A DNA stretch of 63,783 bases, counting the filler, from Octopus bimaculoides (Eukaryota), in assembly GCF_001194135.2 (NCBI RefSeq). It is 7 parts of 5 records of this genome, joined end to end, with 100 filler letters (N's around TTAATTAATTAA, not from the genome) between each part and the next. Parts side by side here need not be neighbours in the genome. Positions count along the whole stretch, not along the records: positions 25,063 to 36,562 come from NC_068985.1; positions 36,663 to 44,026 come from NC_068987.1; 5 more parts are not named here. One strand, 5' to 3'. This document shows positions 26,818 through 40,054 of this stretch, one piece after another. The notes beneath the pieces are model-generated. The model made no database searches. It saw nothing but the letters and a program-made list of their open reading frames with translations, and was not told the DNA's origin. Position 1 is the first letter of the stretch; every line of letters starts with the position of its first letter. The translations under genes and the position numbers were made by a program.

Positions 26818-27185
26818 GTGCAGGTGTGGCTGTATGGTAAGAAGCTTGCTTCCCAACCCCATGGTTCTGGGTTCAGTCCCACTGCATGGCACCTTGGGCA
26901 AGCGTCTTCTACTATAGCTTTGGGACAACCAAAGCCTCGTGAGTGGATTTGGTAGAGAGAAACTGAAAGAAGCCCGTCATATGTGTGTGTGTGTGTGTTT
27001 GTGTGTCTGTGTTTTTCACCCCACCATCGTTTGACACCGATGCTGGTGTGTTTTTATCCCCGTAACTTAGCAGTTCGGCAAAAGAGTCCGATAGTATAAG
27101 TACTAGACTTACAAAGAATAAATCTTGGGGTTGATAAGGCCACAGTCAAATGAATGAAACAAGTAAAAGAATAAAAGAATAAAAA
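26818..27185 (+). mobile_element. SINE family A
   Basis: Head, internal (TG)n, 3' half and (AAAAGAAT)n tail. Confidence 0.85.
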
Positions 27186-27193
27186 AATATATA

Positions 27194-27239
<46 letters not shown>

Positions 27240-27240
<1 letters not shown>

Positions 27241-27560
27241 TGGCTATATGCTGTGCTTGAGAAGATTCATGTAGCCAAGTGAAATTCTAGTCATAGCCAT
27301 GCCATTGTCGTGTAAATGACTCCCATGAAGTTGTAGTCATGGCTCTTGCTGGTGTCATGTAAATGGCACCCATGCCGGTGGCATGTAAAAGGCACTCATT
27401 ACACTCTGGGAGAGGTTGGCATTAAGAAGGGTATCCAGCCATAGAAACCATGGCAAATCAGACTGGAACCTGGTGTAGCCCTCCAGCTTACCAGTTCCAG
27501 TCAAACCATCGAACTCATGCCAGCATAAAAGCAAACGTTAAATGATGATGATGGTGATGA
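27240..27560 (+). mobile_element. 5'-truncated RTE LINE 3' end
   Basis: ...YAVLEKI... followed by the family 3' UTR and (GAT)n. Confidence 0.75.
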
Positions 27561-28823
27561 ATATTGAACACACATACACAAGGTATGTGTATTGTCAGTT
27601 TGTGGCCAAGAGGCAATTGTAGGCCTAAGAGAATATATTCTCATAAATTTGCCTGGTGTTAAAATACCTACAAGTCATAGACAAGCAAGATAATTCACAT
27701 CAGGTCCCATTACTGGAGTGATAGACATTAATATTTTTATCCTTGTAACTTGTCAATAATGCATACCCAAAATGAGGCTAGATGCAAGCTAAATCACCTT
27801 CTATGACTATATGCAAAATGGTGTAAGAACCATCTACTGGTATGTCCCAACATTTCATACCACAGAAAGAAGCAGTCTGAGAGACATACATACCTTGTGT
27901 ATATGTGTTCAGTATTATTTATATCCCTCAAGCTGCTTCCCATTCATATAGTAAATGACTCTTGCATATGGTGCAAGTCAGTGGAGTTGAACCTGAAACC
28001 ATGTGCTGGGGAAGCAAACTTCTTACCGCACAGCCATGCTTGAACCTATAATAATTAACAATAATTTTCTTAGCATATGGTACATTATGGTTCTTTTCAA
28101 CTGATTACTGTTCCTCATAGTTTTGAAAGTGAAATGACTCAATTTAATGAAGAAATTAAAATATGTGTGCAAGCAATGAGGTGAGATTGAATTTAGATAT
28201 ATTCCATATTAAAAACTCCAAAATTTGTTTTTTAATATTTGAAATATTTACCTTCTTTTTTTACTTTAAATTTCTCACTTAAAAAATAGAAAATTTCTGA
28301 TGCAGGCCAATGTTGGTGGAGATTATTTCTCTAAAAGTGAAAATAATTATATTTATTCTTTACAATAACTGTTAAAAAAACATGCATTTTTTAAAAGCAC
28401 ATATTTTCCCTATGGAACTGCATTACACACATGTACATTCATACACACATATATATGCACACATATAGGCACATACATGCACATACATGATGACAAAGGA
28501 CTGAGATGACCATAATATGCAATTCTTGAAAAGACCCACCCAACTGGGCAAAACTGAGTTTCGATTGAGTTGTGTGTCTTTATGCATAACTGTGCTCTTC
28601 ACCCAGTTTCCTTTCTCATCAAGATATCCCCATCACCTACTTTACTGCAAATCTTCCTCGGTACCTTTTACTTTTCTTATTGCCCAGAACCTTTCACTTG
28701 TCATCCACCCTTTATCCTTTAACACTGTTCTTTCCATCTACACATTCATTGATCACCCACCCCACTGAGTCAACAACTATCCTCCTCCATCACTATACAT
28801 CTTTCACCCTCCTCATGTATTAT

Positions 28824-28868
<45 letters not shown>

Positions 28869-28929
28869 TTACATGTGCAACCTATGCAACATTATCCGGC
28901 TCTCATCCTTCTGTCTACTGTTTCATCAT

Positions 28930-29260
28930 TAGCACAAAATGAAAAGCTTGGTCAGGCAGCATGTCAACAAATATACAGGCAGACAGGAAGCACTCCTTGT
29001 GCCGGTAAAAAGACGAAATCTTGCCTGATATGGTCATGTATCCTTCCATGACTCCCTGCTCCAAACTATTCTTCAGGGCACAGTTGAGAGAAGGCAAAAG
29101 AAAGGTAAACAGAGAAATCCTGGTTTGACAACATGAAGGACTTGACAGGTTACAGCACAGAAAACCTGCTATGCATGACAAAGAACAGAGACCAGTGGTG
29201 ACAGCTGACTATGAAAATGTCTAGTGTCATCCCAAAGAATGGCTACATCAGTTAAGGGGT
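28930..29260 (+). mobile_element. RTE-type LINE RT C-terminal remnant
   Basis: VKRRNLA*YGHVSFHDSLLQTILQGTVERRQKKGKQRKSWFDNMKDLTG. Confidence 0.8.
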
Positions 29261-30989
29261 CTTGATGATGAGGATCTTATGTAACCTGCCAATACTTGCT
29301 TTCATTGTTTGTCTCTCAGAACAAGAAATGAATGTAAGTTATAATTAAAGGACAGACATGACTGTATGGTTAAGAAGCTTGTTTTGTGACCATGTGATTT
29401 CAAGTTCAGTCTCACTGCATGGTACCTTAGGCAAGTGTTTTCTACTACAGCCCCTCGGGTCAACTAATGCCTTGTTCTGTGGAAGTTCTGTGGAAGTTCT
29501 GTGGAAGTTCTGTGAAAATCTGTTGTGTGTGTGTGTGTGTGTGTTTGCTTGTGAGTGTGTGTATTTTTGTTTGTGTATGTGTGTGTATGTCCCCATAACT
29601 TAGCAGTTCAACAAAAGAGACCAATAGAATAAATACCAATAAATACCAAACTTAAAATATGTACTGATGTACTGAGGCCAATCTAATTTAAGTAAAACCT
29701 TTCAGTGCAGTGCTCCAGCATGGCCACAGTTCAACAACTGAAACAACTAATAAAAGATAAAAATAAAAAAAAACAAATATCTGTAACAGAATCAACTACT
29801 CTGAGCATGTCATGGGGCACCAGTAGCACCAAATTGGACCAAACAGTAATCATACAATCTAATAACTAACAACAGATTTTAATCCTCGTCCTAAATTAAC
29901 AAAGCTACCAGATGAGCAAATGCCATATTAGTGAGGTTCAACTGGTATTTTTTAAGGTGAATTATTTCATTTTTCCCTTCATTGTATTTATTTATTTTAT
30001 TTTTTAGAGGTAATTTGAAATTATTTGGAGTATAAGCTAGGCTCCGAAGATTTTATCGTCATCATTAGTGGGTGTTTAAATGTTTGCTGTCATAGCACTA
30101 AATACTAACAACTCTCAAATGACTAATCATGTAAAACTCACAATCAACTAGTTATGATAAGGGAGAAAAATGATATCAAATAACGAATATAAAAATTTCT
30201 TTTTTTTTTTTCTTTTCTTTTTCTTGATAAATTATTTTTAATATTTTTTTCAAAATTTTTGTTTTGACAAAAAATGAAATGTATTCATTTATTTATTTGC
30301 TTGTTTGTCTATTTACTAATTTTCCACAATATAGACGGATGTTCTTTACTCTGTTTCACATCAAGATTTAAATTGCAACATTATTGTCATTTTTAACAAA
30401 CTAACCAATCTCATTTCATAACTCTTGGTAGCATCATTATCAAACTTTATAGTTTCTTTCTTTCTTTCTTTCTGTCTTTCCTTTTCCTTTCTTTCTTTAC
30501 ATTCTTTCTTCTTGTTTTGACCATTTTTTTTTTCATAATTTTTAATTTACCCTCAACAGTAATTGTTAACATGTTTCTTCTTTTTTCTTCCTACTACTCA
30601 TTCTCTGCCTTTTCTCTCTCTCTCTCTCCCTCTTTCTATCTATCCCCCCTCTCTCTCTCTCTTTCCCTCTCTATATCCTACTGTTTAACTCTATCTACTT
30701 CTCTATCCTAATCTCTGCTGCCTAATTATAATTTCTCACAAAAATTATAACAAAAAGAAAAAAAATGTAATAATTATAAAACTGATTCTAAGAAAACAAA
30801 AAACGAGCAGAAAATTTCTACATTAATGACAACAACAACAACAAAAGGAATGGTAAATTGAAAAACAAAAATATCAGTAAATTTCCAAAGAAGTTAAGTT
30901 TATATAAATGCCCCAGGGCAATCTTTAGTCATTTATTTTTCATATCCATGTCAGTGAATTGGTATTCAGAAAGAAATTGTTTTCAAGAA

Positions 30990-31460
30990 AGTAAATTGAG
31001 AGAGGGAGGAGAGGGGGACAGGGGGAGAGGGGGGTGAGAAAGAGAGGGGATGAGAGAGAGAGGAGGCGAGAGAGGGAGGGGTGAGAAAGAGAGGAGTGTG
31101 AGGGGGAAATGAGATGAACAGTGAGGGAGGGAAAGAAAGAAAATGAGAGATGTAGTAAGGGAGGGAGAGAGAGAGAAAGAAGAAGAAGAAGAAGAAGAAG
31201 AAGAAGAAGAAGAAGAAGAAGAAGAAGAAGAAGAAGAAGATGAGGATGAGGAGGAGAGAGTGAGGGAGCAGATAAATGACAGTGCAAGATTAACGGATGG
31301 AATGAAAGACATGTGCAAAGAGAGAACAAGAAGGGAGATAAAGGGGTGGGGAAAAAAAGAAGAGCCAGAGAGAAAGAAACACAGAGACTGAGAGAGAGAG
31401 AGACACAGACAGACAGAGAGGGAGAGAGAGAGACAAAGAGAAAAAGATGAAGGTAGAAAG
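30990..31460. repeat. Polypurine GA-rich tract with (GAA)n
   Basis: (GA)n plus a long (GAA)n run at about 31176-31240; source of the poly-E/poly-L/poly-S ORFs. Confidence 0.9.
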
Positions 31461-32214
31461 AGATAAAGAGAAGATGCAAAGGAAATTTTTTTTTAAATAA
31501 AAAAAAAAGAAAACAAGGAAAAAAAATCTAATTCACAGGCACAAGGGAAGGTTGACAAAAAAAGGTAGACAAAAGAATGCAAAATTATAAAAAAGGAAAA
31601 GAAATAACAAATTAACTTTTCAAATTTTCAAATTTTGCCCTGGAGCTAGAATTATGAAACTACAAATTTTCAATGAACTAACTATGGAACAATAAATGGC
31701 AATTGACTTCTCATTCTTGGAATGGAGTAACTTACGATATGATTTAGTGATTTGTGACAATCAAAACAATACATTTGACAATTAATAAAATGAGGGTTTA
31801 GATGAACATATTCTATAAATGAATTAAATGCTGATTTGAAATTATTATTGTTTGTTTATTAATTTGTTTGTTTGCTTCTGTGTGTGTGTGTGTGTGTGTG
31901 TGTGTATTGTGTATTGTGTAGTCTGTGTGATGGATGTATGAGTATGTGGGAGTCTGATACATGGCAGTTGAATGCGTGTGTGTATGTGTATATGTATATA
32001 TATGTATGTGTGTTTGTGTTATTGAATTTTCATAGAGGAATAAAAATGAATAAACATTAAATAATATTAAAAATAAAAAGCATAGATGTATTTGTATGTG
32101 CATTCTTGTACTCTCTTTCTCATTCTGATATGTATATCATTCTCTGTATGCATGTGTGTATAGAGGCAGACAGTGGACAAGAGGCAGAAAGAAAGAGAGA
32201 AAGAGTGAGAGAGT

Positions 32215-32540
32215 GAGTGATCTGTCAAGGGTTTTCAGTTGAAACAAACAAGGAACTTCTATGGGATGTTCTCAGAAAGTTTGATTGCTGGTCCAAGTTT
32301 GTGAAACTACTCTACCAATTCCACACAGAAACGATGTCCCATATTGCTGTTGCGAGACACAAAATCTGTAACCTATCAGCAAAAGGAGTCAGGCAAGGTT
32401 GTGCCCTGACACACATACTATATAATGTGTCCCTTCTCTCTGTGATTACACTGTTAAGATGATGGAAAAAGAGGTAGAATGTCACAATTAACTTCTGCCT
32501 TGACAGGAACATTTGCAACTTTCAAATGCTGAAAATACCG
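32215..32540 (+). mobile_element. RTE (BovB-like) reverse transcriptase core fragment
   Basis: KELLWDVLRKFDCWSKFVKLLYQFH...GVRQGCALTHILYN resembles the RTE motif ALWKILxKFGCPxKFVxLIRQFH...GVKQGCVLAPTLF. Confidence 0.8.
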
Positions 32541-32571
32541 TGAAGCTCAGATCTTAGCAGATTTTGTTTAA

Positions 32572-32798
32572 CACTTTTGCATGTAAACCAGCCATAACTG
32601 GCCCAAATATTCTATTTGCTTTATGTTAAAACTGGCCGATTCTGGTCTCCCCCCCCCACCATCCCACAATACCATTCTAAAATTATGTAATCACATCATT
32701 GAAATTTCAAAGCTACAAGATAATACAGGATTAATTTAAAACAATGTGAAGAGATAAGCATTACATTTGAAAGAGTAAGTAATATGAATGCTAAAGGG
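32572..32798. mobile_element. piggyBac-like MITE (TTAA-flanked)
   Basis: TTAA at 32568-71 and 32799-802; right end gaatgctaaaggg (reverse complement ccctttagcattc); left end cacttttgcatgta matches 10/14. Confidence 0.6.
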
Positions 32799-32849
32799 TT
32801 AAGTCATTAAGTTATCTACCAAAACCAATTGAACCCTCATTTCAGGAAC

Positions 32850-33210
32850 TGTTACAGCTTATGAAAGGTTGGTCCTGGGTAGTTAACAACTATCAATGTC
32901 ATTAGGCTAGCCTCCCTTGCATCCACTCTCTTGATTTCACCTTACTTTTCCTTCATTAGCACATAGTACTCTTCTTCTTTAATTCATGTGTTGTTTCCAT
33001 CTGTTTATTGTTGGTTATTTGGAGAACTGTTAATTTCATGCTGTCCCAGAAGATGGCTTCTGCTTTGTGTGGCTTACTTTTCCTTCAGCTCCAGCTTATT
33101 CTGTATTTGTCTTCTAATTTTCATTTGTTCAAAAAGTTTGCTTTCTTTGTCTATCATTCATCTCCTCATCCTCATCATCGCAAATATAGTAATGTGGTAC
33201 TTGAAGTGGC
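32850..33210 (-). mobile_element. Possible very old RTE C-terminal remnant
   Basis: Minus-strand fragments RISWS*RKS and EEEYYVLM/EGKV resemble RTE RISWTExK and GKxEG motifs; heavily disrupted. Confidence 0.4.
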
Positions 33211-34385
33211 TCCAAGCTACTGTACTGGAAAGAAGGGAACTGTAGCCTGGATTAACCAATGCATTGTGAAAGTAATTTGGTAGACAAGCTGAACTAATCT
33301 AATCATGTATATATACATACACACACTTTTCATTAATAGAATTTGTAGAATACTGTGTTCATATTTGTAACCAATAACATTTCACCTCTTTTTCCCATAA
33401 TATTGTTGAAATAAAAATTGAAACCTGTTTATGTGTAAGAATAATTTTATTGCTGTCAACCAAGCTTGTCATATCTAAATTACTGTATCAACAAATCAAG
33501 AATATATTTTCCCATTCTGTGATTATAAGAGAATAAAATCATTTTATCTGTCATTTTTCATATCATTGTTTACTCATATATATATATATATTTTCTACAA
33601 AATTGATTTCTTTTTTACTGTTTTGTCAGGAAGGACAATATTCATAATCTTACTTTGATTTTTTTTTTGTGTATGTCTGTGTTTTTTTTTCTTTTTTTCT
33701 TTTTTCGGGGTTTGTAAGAGGCAGGCAGTAAAATTTCTTCAAACTTGAGAATAGGCCTGAATACTTGTACCAGAAAGCACCCAAGATTCTCCTCACCCAC
33801 CAGGGACTGTATAGTAGTGTTAAATTGAGTAACAGATTATGTCTGCTAGCAATTTCAGAACACAGACAGCTGAAACAAATACTACAAGACATCTCGTTTG
33901 ATTCTTTAACAATTCTCCCAATCCACAGCTTTTGGTTGGTAATTAAATTTATCAACCATGAAAAATAAGACAAAATTGACCTTTGTAGGATTATGATAAG
34001 GATTCGATGATGCAATGTCATTAGCAGTTCTCTGAGTCTTGCTACTTGTAAGATCCATTTACTAAGCTCTCCTTCATCTGTTCTACATCTTTTGTTCTTT
34101 GACTTTTCTGGCATTTGTTTGTGCGATGCCCATTTTAATGCTCTCTCAGTTATCTTGCCCCAATCCATTTTGTGCACAATACCAAGCCAGCTTTGCTGTC
34201 AGAATTTTGTTTCGAAAATCACACTACTGTAACCAGTTTTGCAGTACAGTTGCTAATTTGAAATTTTTGTTGGACCACAAAATACAGTGGTCCTCCCAGA
34301 TTTTATTTGGGCAGTAATACAGTGTATATAGAACCACAATTTTAGATGCGTTCTTCCTTTAAAATGATAGGGTCTTGGCAGTTAA

Positions 34386-34841
34386 CAGTATTGTGCACTG
34401 AGAATTTGTCCTCCGGGCCAGACTGTGAATCGAGAGTTCTACTGCGATGTCTTGAAGCACTTGAGAGAATGTGAAGAATTGGATTCTTCATGATGACAAA
34501 GCACCCTGTCACCGAGCTCTCCTCGTGAGTTTCATGCCAAAAACACAATATCACTTCCACACCAGCCCTCTTCACCAGATTTAGCACCTGTGAACTTCCA
34601 TTTCTTCCCCAAGATGAAAATGCAAATCAAAGGTTGCCATTTTAGCACCATTGCTGAAGGTCCTCAACTCACTTATGAAAAGCAACTTCCAGGCCAGATT
34701 TCAAAAGTGGCAGGAATGCTGGGACTGGTGTATTGCTGTGCTGGGTGACCATTTTGAAGAAGATGATGTTAAAAGCTAGGTAAAAAATGTTATTTTGTAT
34801 TACACATAACTTGTCCAGGAACCTTTTGATACCATCTTATA
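34386..34841 (+). mobile_element. Mariner transposase C-terminal remnant with right TIR
   Basis: With frameshifts: IVH*EFV/PGQTVNREFYCDVLKHLRE...WILHDDKAPCHRALL...PHQPSSPDLAPVNFHFFPKMK (mariner HDNA and YSPDLAPxD motifs). Ends in ccaggaaccttttgataccatctta-TA. Confidence 0.9.
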
Positions 34842-35530
34842 TGTATGTGTATATTAGGTAGGATTATTTACGTCATTAGCATCATTGTCTGTTCTTCTGG
34901 TTTCCATGCATTTATTGCCAAATATATCGCATCAAAAGAGGCATTTCAAATTTCCACAAAAATATATTATCTGTCTAAAATAGCAACCCAGTTTTAGAGC
35001 AAGTTTAAATATAACATGATACAGAATTAATTAATTCAGATATTATATGTTGCAATGTGAATATATTTGAGACTTTTAGTCTAAATTTGCTTATGGTATC
35101 ATTAGTTCTGTAGACATGAAACAAAGATTGATAAAACAAGTATAAAGTAAACAAAGGAAGGAAGGAAGGAAAATAAAGAAAAAAACATAGAGGCAAAATG
35201 TAAAAGTAAAGCTGAAATTTTGAAGAAAAATAGATGAAATAAATTTGGTGTCACAAGAACAACAAAATAATAATAACAATTCTTTCTCATTTTGGCAGAA
35301 GGCCAGCAATTTTGACAGATGGAAGAAATTGATTGCATAGACCCCAGCATTCAACTGATACTTATTTTATAGACCTCATAAAGGTCTATAAACTCAATGG
35401 TATTTAAACTCAGGATATGAAGCTGGAATAAATGCTATTGTTTTGTCTGGTGCTGGTAACAATTTTGCCAGCTTGTTATTTTTTACAACAACAATAGCAA
35501 CTGCAACAACAACAATGACTACAACAACAC

Positions 35531-36452
35531 TAATAATCGTTTCTATTATAGACACAAAACCTGAATTATGGAGGAAGGGGGACAGTCAATTACATCGATA
35601 CTAGAGCTCAACTGGTACTCATGTTATTGACTCCAAAAGGATGAAAGGCAAAGCTGACCTCAGCAGAATTTGAACTGAGAATGTAAAGATGGACAAAATG
35701 CTATTAGGCCTGAAATTTTAGGGGAGGAGGTAAGTCGAGTACATCGACCCCAGTTCTCAACTGGTACTTGCTTCATCGACCCTGAAATGATGAAAGTCAA
35801 AATCGATCATTTTGTCTGATGGACTAATGATTATACCTGCATATTGCATAAAGCACTGTTTGTTTGAGGTCCTTGTTGTGACTTGACAAACAGTACACCC
35901 CCCCCCCCCNNNNNNNNNNNNNNNNNNNNCCAGTAGACACAATATCTTCAATCAACAACCTCACGGTATTGTATACTGTATGACATCTATAATAATAATA
36001 ATAATAATAATCCTTTCTACTATAGGTGCAAGGCCTGAAATTTGGAGGACGGGGACAGTCGACTGCATCGACCCCAATGCTCAAATGGTACTTATTTTGT
36101 CGACCCCAAAAGGATGAAAGCTAAAGTCAACCCTGGTGGAATTTGAACTCAGAATGTAATGACAGATAAAATACTTCCTAAGCATTTTGTCCAGTGTGTT
36201 AACAATTCTGCCAGCTCACTGTCTTAATAATAATAATAATTCTTTCTACTAAAGGCACAAAACCTGAAATTTTGGGGAAGGGGACTAGTCGATTACATCG
36301 ACCCTAGTGTTTCACTGATACTTAATTTATTGACCCCAAATGGTTGAAAGGCAAAGTTGAAATTGGCAGAATTTGAACTCAGGACATGCAGACATGCAAA
36401 ATGCTGCAAAGCATTTATCCTGGAATTCTAGCAATTCTGCCAGCTCACCACT

Positions 36453-36460
<8 letters not shown>
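35531..36460 (-). mobile_element. Cluster of about 4 head-to-tail family C SINEs separated by (TAA)n
   Basis: Copies at about 35538-35700, 35705-35830, 36010-36225 and 36238-36450, all minus strand. A further copy lies at about 35285-35470. Confidence 0.85.
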
Positions 36461-36498
<38 letters not shown>

Positions 36499-36662
36499 CA
36501 GCAATAATATTTTGCCCAAAAGACTTGAAAAGATTCAAAAATATTCTTTTACTCTTTTATTTNNNNNNNNNNNNNNNNNNNNNNNNNNNNNNNNNNNNNN
36601 NNNNNNTTAATTAATTAANNNNNNNNNNNNNNNNNNNNNNNNNNNNNNNNNNNNNNNNNNNN

Positions 36663-36727
<65 letters not shown>

Positions 36728-37439
36728 CATTTAAAACAGTTTGATTTGGTTCCATGCATCTTAAAGCTTCACAGGAACCCATCTCTTTCGGACTTTTGAT
36801 TGCTGAAAGAAGAGATACAAGAAGTCCAAGATAGCTAACGGAAGATAGGTTACTATATATATATCCATGTGTCTTTGTGTCACTTTGTCCCCCACCACTG
36901 TTTGACAACTGGTTTTGGTGTGTTTATATCCCTGTAACTTAGTGGTTCAGCAAATAAGACTGATAGAATAAGTACTAGGCTTAAAACCAATAAGTCCTGA
37001 AGTCAACTTGTTCAACTAAAATTTTTCAAAGTGGTGCCCCAGCATGGCCACAGACAAATGTCTGAAACAAGTAACAGAATACTCTAATACTAATAATACT
37101 TCCTGTACCTCATATTCTAATTATTCCGCTTTACTGGAAATACCAAAATTAGATACTCTGCTATTCCTTAATTCCATGAAGTAAATAGAAATAAATGAAT
37201 TAATGTGAATTAAACTTGGAACTGTTCAATAACCAATATATTACTTTGAGATTTTCTTTCAAATCTGTTTCCAGACATAAATTTTATACTTGAAAACAGA
37301 CAACAATGCTAACTAAATTTAATCTCTATAATCATTGCACTTAGTTCACACTTTTTTAGAACAGTTAAATATGCTATTACACATACTCACACATACACAT
37401 ATAAACACATACATACATGCATACATATATGTGCATGCA

Positions 37440-37980
37440 CACACATACATACATATGCATACACACAAATACGTATATGCACACACACAAATACATACAT
37501 ATATGTACACACACAAATACATACGTATATGCGCACACACAAATACATACATATATGCACACGCACAAATACATACATATATGCACACGCACAAATACAT
37601 ACATATATGCACACGCACAAATACATACATATATGCGCAATCACAAATACATACATATATGCGCAATCACAAATACATACATATATGCACATGCACAAAT
37701 ACATACATATATGTGCATGCACAAATACATACATATATGCACACGGACAAATACATACATATGTGCACAAATGCATACATATATGCACATGCACAAATAC
37801 ATACATATATGTACACGCACACATACATACATATATACGCACACATACATATATGTGCGTGCATGCACACATACATACATATATGCACATGCACACATTC
37901 ATACATACATATATATGTGCATGTACACATATGCGCACGCACACATACATATATACGCACACACACGAATACATACACGC
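37440..37980. repeat. About 26-bp minisatellite (atacatacatatatgcacacgcacaa)n
   Basis: Roughly 20 imperfect tandem units, visible directly. Confidence 0.85.
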
Positions 37981-38272
37981 AGGCACTTTTACTGAATATT
38001 CTGTTTTTAGTTTACTTTTGAAAATTATACTTCAATACTTTGCATAATTGATACAGGTTGACTTTAAAAATGTCTGGACAACAACTGGTTCTAATATTAC
38101 AGCTTGTGCTCAATGTCTCTGTCTATCTCTCTCTATTTCTCCGACTCTTTCTATCACTTTCTATCTCTCTTCATCTCTCTTTTTAGTTTTCTCTATCTGT
38201 CTCTTTGTATCTCTTTCTCTTTGCATCTCTCTCTCTCTCTCTCTCTTATGCACACACACAAATATATAGCTG

Positions 38273-38316
<44 letters not shown>

Positions 38317-38389
38317 GCACACACATATATAGCTGTGTCTCTCTCTCTCTCTCCCTCCTTTCTATATAGTGCTTCCTCTGTCTCTCTTC

Positions 38390-39185
38390 TTTCACCATCT
38401 CTCCCATCCTCTCTCTTCCTCTCTCTTCCTCTCTCTCCCATCCTCTCTCTTCCTCTCTCTCCCATCCTCTCTCTTCCTCTCTTCCATCCTCTCTCTTCTT
38501 CTCTCCCATCCTCTCTCTTCCTCTCTCCCATCCTCTCTCTTCCTCTCTCCCATCCTCTCTCTTCCTCTCTCCCATCCTCTCTCTTCNNNNNNNNNNNNNN
38601 NNNNNNNNNNNNNNNNNNNNNNNNNNNNNNNNNNNNNNNNNNNNNNNNNNNNNNNNNNNNNNNNNNNNNNNNNNNNNNNNNNNNNNNNNNNNNNNNNNNN
38701 NNNNNNNNNNNNNNNNNNNNNNNNNNNNNNNNNNNNNNNNNNNNNNNNNNNNNNNNNNNNNNNNNNNNNNNNNNNNNNNNNNNNNNNNNNNNNNNNNNNN
38801 NNNNNNNNNNNNNNNNNNNNNNNNNNNNNNNNNNNNNNNNNNNNNNNNNNNNNNNNNNNNNNNNNNNNNNNNNNNNNNNNNNNNNNNNNNNNNNNNNNNN
38901 NNNNNNNNNNNNNNNNNNNNNNNNNNNNNNNNNNNNNNNNNNNNNNNNNNNNNNNNNNNNNNNNNNNNNNNNNNNNNNNNNNNNNNNNNNNNNNNNNNNN
39001 NNNNNNNNNNNNNNNNNNNNNNNNNNNNCCATCCTCTCTCTCCCATCCTCTCTCTTCCTCTCTCCCATCCTCTCTCTTCCTCCCTCTCCCATCCTCTCCC
39101 ATCCTCTCTCTTCCTCTCTCTCTCTCCCATCCTCTCTCTTCCTCTCTCTCTCTCCCATCCTCTCCCCCTCCCCCTCCCTCTCTCT
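38390..39185. repeat. CT-rich minisatellite (ctctctcccatcctctctcttc-like), gap inside
   Basis: Tandem units on both sides of the N gap. Confidence 0.85.
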
Positions 39186-39353
39186 CTCCATATGTTGGTT
39201 GATCCTAGTAAACTCTCAATTCCATTCCGATATCAGAAGTTATCTTGCTATTTAACTGTATCATTCTATTTACTACTACCTTTTCTCTGCACTCCTCTTT
39301 CTCTCTCAACACAGTCTCTCCTCCTGTCTTAGTCTTCCACTTCATTTCATGCA

Positions 39354-39400
<47 letters not shown>

Positions 39401-39789
39401 CATGCACACACACATACATATGCATAAAGCTTTCTGCTCTTGTCTCCAGTGCATTCCAATTCCCTGTCCGTTTGCTCTTCTCATCTGTATATTTATAGGT
39501 TAATGTGGTTATTTAAAAAAAAAAAAAAAAAAAAAGAACCTTAGCCTGGAAGCCAATTATGTCTATTGGTAAGCCAGATGTGTTTGCCAATACACATATA
39601 TATAATATATATTTATAAACCGACATATTGTCTCATTAAGAAAAACTGAACAATATAACCTTACCAGAAATTTGAGAGGTCAAGGGTCATTCTCATCTGT
39701 TCCTGTGACCCCCAGGGAATATAATGCTATCAAAATTAAGTTCTATAAATGTGAAAGTCAGAAATACTGTGACTGCTTTAGGGTAAATA

Positions 39790-40050
39790 GTAGTGGTGTG
39801 CCGAGTAGCATTTCTTCTGACTCTTTACATTCTGAGTTCAAATCTTGCCAAGGTCAACTTATCCTGTCATCCTTTTTGGAATTGATAAAATAAGTTACTG
39901 GTCAATGTAATAAACTTGTCCCCTTGCTTCACTGGTACTCATTTTATCAACCCTGAAAAGATGAAAGGCAAAGTCAGTCTCAGCAGCATTTGAAGTCAGA
40001 CCATAAAGATGGATCAAATACCATTTAGCATTTTGTTCGGTATTTAAAAA
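39790..40050. mobile_element. Two family C SINE fragments in inverted, tail-to-tail orientation
   Basis: Plus copy about 39790-39925; minus copy about 39931-40050. Confidence 0.7.
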
Positions 40051-40054
40051 TTTT

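Noticed and set aside
31143-31391. Poly-Glu ORF, and poly-K/poly-L ORFs at 49483-49990 and 62611-63558
   Set aside because: (GAA)n microsatellite translations with no splice or domain support.
31736-31812. Minus-strand AG...GTAAGT segments with an open frame (also 41197-41244 and about 6779-6903)
   Set aside because: No recognisable protein emerges, the phases do not chain into a gene model, and such hits are expected by chance.
37335-38047. Long H/T/Y/I- and C/V/M-rich ORFs here and at 6923-7486, 24070-24436 and elsewhere
   Set aside because: These are translations of stop-poor CA/TA repeats, open in several frames on both strands.
39499-39568. Possible LRR-like exon (NLSLEANYVY) with AG/GTAAG boundaries
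   Set aside because: It has an in-frame stop immediately after the acceptor, a 21-A run and a length of 70 bp.
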